From an uncultured Myxococcales bacterium (GTDB lineage: Bacteria; Myxococcota_A; Polyangia; Palsa-1104; JAEUJZ01), in NCBI GenBank assembly GCA_964628555.1, contig CAZVMD010000003.1, positions 264 to 64,263 of the forward strand: 64,000 nucleotides of DNA, given 5' to 3'. Every line of letters begins with the position of its first letter. The stretch's first letter is position 1. The notes below the pieces were generated by a model that worked only from the letters and a program-made list of their open reading frames with translations, was not told the DNA's origin and did no database searches. Made by a program: the position numbers and the translations under genes. Below are positions 60,330 through 64,000 of the stretch, one piece after another.

Positions 60330-61157
60330 TTACTTGCAGCAGGCGATCGGGAACGGGGTTCCACAAGCCGACGGCGAGCCGCCGCTAGACGGGCCACTGG
60401 CAAACCACAGGGCCTTGCCTTGGGCGGTTGGCGAGGCCTTCCACTCGACGGTGGTGCCATACCAGTGGAAGTCACCGGTGCCGTAGGTGAAGCCGGCGCA
60501 GTTGTCCGAGAGGCCGTTGCCAGGCTGCTGCTTGGTGAAGCCGGGCTCGTTGTGCTGCCAGCTCTCCATGTTGACCCAGGAGCGCGAGAGCGTCGCCGGG
60601 ATGGCGTTGAACACGACGCTGTTGTACATGTCGTAGACCGTACACATGCGCGCGCCGGCGCCGCAGGCCGGGACCGTCTGGCACAGGTTGGCCGCGCCCT
60701 CGACACCGGTCTTGGCGTTATTGCCCGTGATGGCGCCGGTGACGGGGGTGGTGTACTGGCCGCAGTACTTCGCGACGCTGGCCCGCGAGCCGGGCATGAG
60801 GTTGTTGATCGTCGTCTTGAAGCTCTGCAGCCGGGTGTAGGTCGTGTTGATCAGGGTGATGTCCGCCGCATCCAGCGACTCCGTGCCCTTATCAACGCAG
60901 GTGTAGACGCCGATCTCGCTGCCCTTGGTGTAGGTCAGAAGCTGGCCGGTCTTGTTGCAGTCGGGAACGTTGAGCATCGCGCCGACGACTTCACGGCAGG
61001 CCAAGCCACCGCTGGCATAGGTCAGGAACTGGTTTTCGGCGCAGATCGGCAGCGAGTTGGCGATCAGCGGATCGATCTTCGAGGCAAATTCATCGGTGTC
61101 TGCTCCCATCAACACAGGGGCAAACACCAGCAGATAGGCGATGTGAAACTTGCGCAT
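60330..61157 (-). CDS. Cys-rich secreted protein, paralog A (variable N-module plus conserved endostatin/C-type-lectin-like C-terminal domain, by-eye)
   Basis: 275 aa with signal peptide MRKFHIAYLLVFAPVLMGA. The N-terminus has two P-x-C...C hairpin motifs. The conserved C-domain is CGQYTTPVTGAITGNNAKTGVEGAANLC...MCTVYDMY...SWQHNEPGFTKQQPGNGLSDNCAGFTYGTGDFHWYGTTVEW...ACGTPFPIACCK. It is the third gene of a tight operon. Confidence 0.85.
   Translation of the reverse strand: MRKFHIAYLLVFAPVLMGADTDEFASKIDPLIANSLPICAENQFLTYASGGLACREVVGAMLNVPDCNKTGQLLTYTKGSEIGVYTCVDKGTESLDAADITLINTTYTRLQSFKTTINNLMPGSRASVAKYCGQYTTPVTGAITGNNAKTGVEGAANLCQTVPACGAGARMCTVYDMYNSVVFNAIPATLSRSWVNMESWQHNEPGFTKQQPGNGLSDNCAGFTYGTGDFHWYGTTVEWKASPTAQGKALWFASGPSSGGSPSACGTPFPIACCK
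60361..60565. repeat. 205-bp tract 100% identical to 62056-62260 (paralog A versus C)
   Basis: Compared base by base in the printed sequence: identical from CCACAAGCCGACGGCGAGCC... through ...GTTGTGCTGCCAGCTCT. Confidence 0.9.
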
Positions 61158-61172
61158 GGAGTTTCCCCTTTC

Positions 61173-62003
61173 TTAGTTGCAGCAGGCGATCGGGAACGGG
61201 GTTCCACAAGCCGACGGCGCGCCGCCTGACGTCGGGCCACTCTTGAAGTGGAGGGCATTGCCTTGGCTTGTTGGGGAGGCCATCCACTCAACAGTGGTGC
61301 CATACCAGTGAAAGTCACCGGTGCCGTAGGTGAAGCCGGCACAGTTGTCCGATAGACCGTTGCCAGGCTGCTGCTTGGTGAAGCCGGGCTCGTTGTGCTG
61401 CCAGGCAGACATGTACACCCACGAGCGCGTCACGGTGCCGGGCAGCTTGCCAGTCGCGGCACTGTGGTACATGTCATAGACGGTGCACATCTTGGCCGCG
61501 GTGGCGCTGCAGCCCGGGACCTTGCGGCACAGAGCTGCTGCCGCGAGGATACCGGAGCTAACGCCATCGTTAATGGCGCCGGTGGTGGCCGTCGTGTACT
61601 GACCGCACCAGACCGCGCGTGGGGCCGGACCCGAGGGACCGCCCAGCGAGTTGATCTTGGTCTGGTACTCCTTGATCAGGATCTCGCTCTGCTCCAGGTT
61701 GTTGAGCGCGTCGCGCGTGCCCTGCGCCTCGTTGTTCCGGTTGGTGCAGAACACCTTGGTGCCATCCGCAGTCAGCGACTCGCTGTACTTCTTGCAGTCC
61801 GGCAGAGCGGCCGCGCCCGGGGGCAGCGGCTTGCAGATCAGCTGGCCTGCTGGGTTCGTGCTGAGCACCTGATCGGGGCCCGCGCACAGAGGGATTTGTA
61901 CAAATTCGGGTGTACCGCCGGCGCCTTCCTGACCGCAGGCGACCACCAGCAGAGGAGCAAACATCCACGCCTTCAGGCGTGAGCTAGTTGGCTGGTTACG
62001 CAT
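61173..62003 (-). CDS. Cys-rich lipoprotein, paralog B
   Basis: 276 aa. The lipobox is LLVVAC. The architecture matches paralog A, and the C-terminus is ...ACGTPFPIACCN. A 15-bp gap separates it from paralog A, and a purine-rich stretch (AAAGGGGA) lies in that gap upstream of the paralog A start. Confidence 0.85.
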   Translation of the reverse strand: MRNQPTSSRLKAWMFAPLLVVACGQEGAGGTPEFVQIPLCAGPDQVLSTNPAGQLICKPLPPGAAALPDCKKYSESLTADGTKVFCTNRNNEAQGTRDALNNLEQSEILIKEYQTKINSLGGPSGPAPRAVWCGQYTTATTGAINDGVSSGILAAAALCRKVPGCSATAAKMCTVYDMYHSAATGKLPGTVTRSWVYMSAWQHNEPGFTKQQPGNGLSDNCAGFTYGTGDFHWYGTTVEWMASPTSQGNALHFKSGPTSGGAPSACGTPFPIACCN

Positions 62004-62024
62004 AGTTCCTCCAAGTCGTCCGCG

Positions 62025-62855
62025 TTATTGACAACAGGCAATGGGAAAAGTGCTCCCACAAGCCGACGGCGAGCCGCCGCTAGACGGGCCACTGGCAAAC
62101 CACAGGGCCTTGCCTTGGGCGGTTGGCGAGGCCTTCCACTCGACGGTGGTGCCATACCAGTGGAAGTCACCGGTGCCGTAGGTGAAGCCGGCGCAGTTGT
62201 CCGAGAGGCCGTTGCCAGGCTGCTGCTTGGTGAAGCCGGGCTCGTTGTGCTGCCAGCTCTGCATGTAGACCCAAGAGCGGCTGACGGTCGCCGGCAGGCC
62301 ACCGGCCGCCGCGATCTCGTACATCTCGTAGACGGTGCACATGTGCGCGCCGACGCCACAGCCCTGCACGGTCGAGCACAGGTTGGCCGCGCCCTCGACA
62401 CCAGTCTTGGCGTTGTTGCCCGTGATGGCGCCGGTGACGGGGGTGGTGTACTGGCCGCACCACTTGGCTGACGAGCCACCGCCGCTGATCGAGGTGATGC
62501 TGGTCTCGATGTTGTCCGTGTCCATCTTGACCTTGTTGATGATCGTCTTCAGGCCGGCGTTGGTGCCGCCCGCGCCCTTCGGCATGCACTCGAGGATGCC
62601 GTCGTAGGCATTGAGGGCCGAGTTGGCAACCGCACTGCAGTCCGGCGGAGCCAGACCCGCGGTCAGGGCCTGGGTGCACGACATCGTGCGATCCGCGCCC
62701 ACTGCGATTAGCTGACCGTCGAGACAGTCAGGAAGCGTAAGCCCACCCGGGGGAACAGTCACCGGGTTGATAGTCGTATTGCCGCCGCAGCCGACCAGAA
62801 GCGGGACTGCCAGCAGGGCCGTCTTGAGGCTAGTTAGGAAAATGGTTCTGCGCAT
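62025..62855 (-). CDS. Cys-rich lipoprotein, paralog C
   Basis: 276 aa with AGGAGG 4 nt upstream of the ATG. The lipobox is PLLVGC. The architecture matches paralogs A and B, and the C-terminus is ...ACGSTFPIACCQ. A 21-bp gap with a GGAGGA separates it from paralog B. Confidence 0.85.
   Translation of the reverse strand: MRRTIFLTSLKTALLAVPLLVGCGGNTTINPVTVPPGGLTLPDCLDGQLIAVGADRTMSCTQALTAGLAPPDCSAVANSALNAYDGILECMPKGAGGTNAGLKTIINKVKMDTDNIETSITSISGGGSSAKWCGQYTTPVTGAITGNNAKTGVEGAANLCSTVQGCGVGAHMCTVYEMYEIAAAGGLPATVSRSWVYMQSWQHNEPGFTKQQPGNGLSDNCAGFTYGTGDFHWYGTTVEWKASPTAQGKALWFASGPSSGGSPSACGSTFPIACCQ
62056..62260. repeat. 205-bp tract 100% identical to 60361-60565 (paralog C versus A)
   Basis: See the partner repeat. 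A second near-identical tract (about 80 bp, 2 mismatches seen) lies at roughly 60682-60765 versus 62379-62460. Confidence 0.9.
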
Positions 62856-62865
62856 GACCCCTCCT

Positions 62866-62913
62866 AGAGGTGTAGTGAAGATTACACTAATAATTCGAAG
62901 ATAAATAAGTCAA
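62866..62913 (-). promoter_or_regulatory. candidate sigma-70-like promoter of the paralog operon
   Basis: The minus strand reads TTGACT (62913-62908) followed by tatttatcttcgaattattagtgtaatcttcactaca. Possible -10 hexamers are TATTAG (15-nt spacer) or TAATCT (21-nt spacer), and neither is ideal. The block is AT-rich and lies about 50 nt upstream of the paralog C ATG. Confidence 0.3.
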
Positions 62914-63200
62914 CAGGCATTCGCTAAGGGTGCGCAACCGCTGAGCTCTGGCCCTCGTCAGAGGCATCTCACCTGGCCTCCTCCGCAGGGCTACGAGGTC
63001 TGCGGGAGACCTGAAAAATAATTGTTACTCATAGTACACAAATAATATCCGACAATCGGCGCTGACTGAGCTTCAGGACGCCTGCACAGCCGAGCCATAT
63101 CACTGCTCGGCCCTGCTCAGGCCTGCGCTGTGCGTGGGGGAACTAGCCTCTCTGGCTGGGGACGGGTGCCCGGGGACTGCTGGGACGCGGGCGCGTCGGC

Positions 63201-63740
63201 TTACGAGCTTGCGGCGGGCTTATCGGTCGCAGGGGTGTCTTTTTCGCTGGGCTCTGCAGCAGGGCTAGCGGCGGCGTCTGGGGCGCCTGGGCTGGGGGGA
63301 GGCGATGCGTCGTCGCTGTGGCCCTGGCCGGCGTTGTTCTTTACCGCTTCACCAACGGCACTTACAAAGCTACCGAGGGCTTTTTCGAGGTCGCCAGCTA
63401 GGCGGTCGAGGCGGGTTCGCAGCACGCCCCAGCCCTCTTCGCCGACATCGCGGAGCTCATGCAGGCGACTGAAGGCATCGGGGTACTGATCTTTTACCGT
63501 GGCGATCTCTTTTTCGATGACCGCACGAGCCTGGGCGGTGGCCTGCGCCAGATCGGCCGCTAGCTTGCTCTGCATCGCATCGACCTGCTCACCCAGGCCG
63601 CTGAACTGCTCACGCAGCTTGCGCCGGAGGTCGTCAAAGTTGGCCGCGCCTGTGGCCGGGTTCTCGCTGGACTGGGCGGGCGCTGGGGCCGTCGGCGGCT
63701 CACCGGCCGCGGGGGTCGTCGGGGTCTCCGATTCACTCAT
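63201..63740 (-). CDS. hypothetical helical protein with Pro/Ala-rich termini
   Basis: 179 aa. The central amphipathic-helix-like region is FDDLRRKLREQFSGLGEQVDAMQSKLAADLAQATAQARAVIEKEIATVKDQYPDAF...RLDRLAGDLEKALGSFVSAVGEAV. A phasin- or apolipoprotein-like nature is only a guess. Confidence 0.55.
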   Translation of the reverse strand: MSESETPTTPAAGEPPTAPAPAQSSENPATGAANFDDLRRKLREQFSGLGEQVDAMQSKLAADLAQATAQARAVIEKEIATVKDQYPDAFSRLHELRDVGEEGWGVLRTRLDRLAGDLEKALGSFVSAVGEAVKNNAGQGHSDDASPPPSPGAPDAAASPAAEPSEKDTPATDKPAASS

Positions 63741-63864
63741 CGTGTCTGCTCCTGCGTTTGGCTTTTGCGGGCAGTCTCATCTTGCCACAAGCCCTGGTCC
63801 GCGGCGCCGGCTGTGCCAAGTTCCCCCTTTCCGTCGGCAGAAAGATCGTTTACAGCTCAATGTC

Positions 63865-64000
63865 ATGAGCATGCAGTCGACCATCGAGGCCAAGCTGCGC
63901 AGCGCGCTGGCCCCCGTGCACCTAGAAGTCGTCAACGAGAGTCACAACCACAGCGGACCGGCCAATGCCGAGTCGCACTTCAAGGTCATCATCGTCTCGG
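63865..64000 (+). CDS. BolA family protein (3' end runs off the window)
   Basis: Not in the track because it is open at the window end. Read from ATG 63865 it gives MSMQSTIEAKLRSALAPVHLEVVNESHNHSGPANAESHFKVIIVS, the typical BolA N-terminal pattern (L.V.N.S..H......E.HF...IVS). Confidence 0.75.
   Translation, partial: MSMQSTIEAKLRSALAPVHLEVVNESHNHSGPANAESHFKVIIVS

Noticed and set aside
60330-60344. C-terminal CC-x of the three paralogs as a Rab-like (CCX) prenylation motif
   Set aside because: The proteins carry N-terminal signal or lipoprotein sequences and many cysteines, so they should be exported. Cytoplasmic prenylation machinery is neither expected nor encoded here. A structural disulfide or metal role is more plausible.

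Overview
This is a 64 kb, very high-GC chromosomal segment with strong G/C preference at codon position 3. Its gene content points to a myxobacterium (Myxococcota): AgmX/PglI-type C-terminal domains, several eukaryotic-like Ser/Thr kinases, FG-GAP/TPR proteins and an ElbD-type multidomain lipid enzyme. I call about 55 protein genes. I found no rRNA, tRNA, CRISPR array, transposase or integrase. Most of the window is housekeeping and signalling: moeA, an RluA-family pseudouridine synthase, thiG-thiE, asd, etfBA, two acyl-CoA dehydrogenases, an enoyl-CoA hydratase, RidA, a LolC/E-like and a MacB-like permease, an ECF sigma/anti-sigma pair, two kinases and a class III cyclase. Many long ORFs in the supplied track are antisense or out-of-frame shadow ORFs typical of high-GC DNA, and I rejected them. 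Two loci stand out. (1) At 25882-29168 (minus strand), a small PqqD-like protein with an acidic C-terminal tail is translationally coupled (ATGA overlap) to a 914-aa fusion of an ATP-grasp ligase and an Orn/DAP/Arg-type PLP decarboxylase. This looks like a carrier- or peptide-tethered ligation and decarboxylation module that I cannot assign to a described pathway. (2) At 60330-62855 (minus strand), three tightly packed paralogous Cys-rich secreted/lipoprotein genes (275-276 aa) form an operon. Each has a variable N-terminal module, a conserved C-terminal domain with motif-level resemblance to the endostatin/C-type-lectin-like fold, an invariant PIACC-x C-terminus, and mosaic 100%-identical DNA tracts indicating gene conversion. 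Smaller observations are a phased 10-bp x4 repeat array upstream of etfB, a 115-bp island of about 29% GC between convergent genes, and a His-Gly tract built from 12-bp tandem repeats in a signal-peptide methyltransferase. There is also an alpha/beta-hydrolase-fold protein whose catalytic residues appear substituted, and a relic gene fragment after the anti-sigma gene. All family assignments are by-eye motif recognition and need HMM or structure confirmation.
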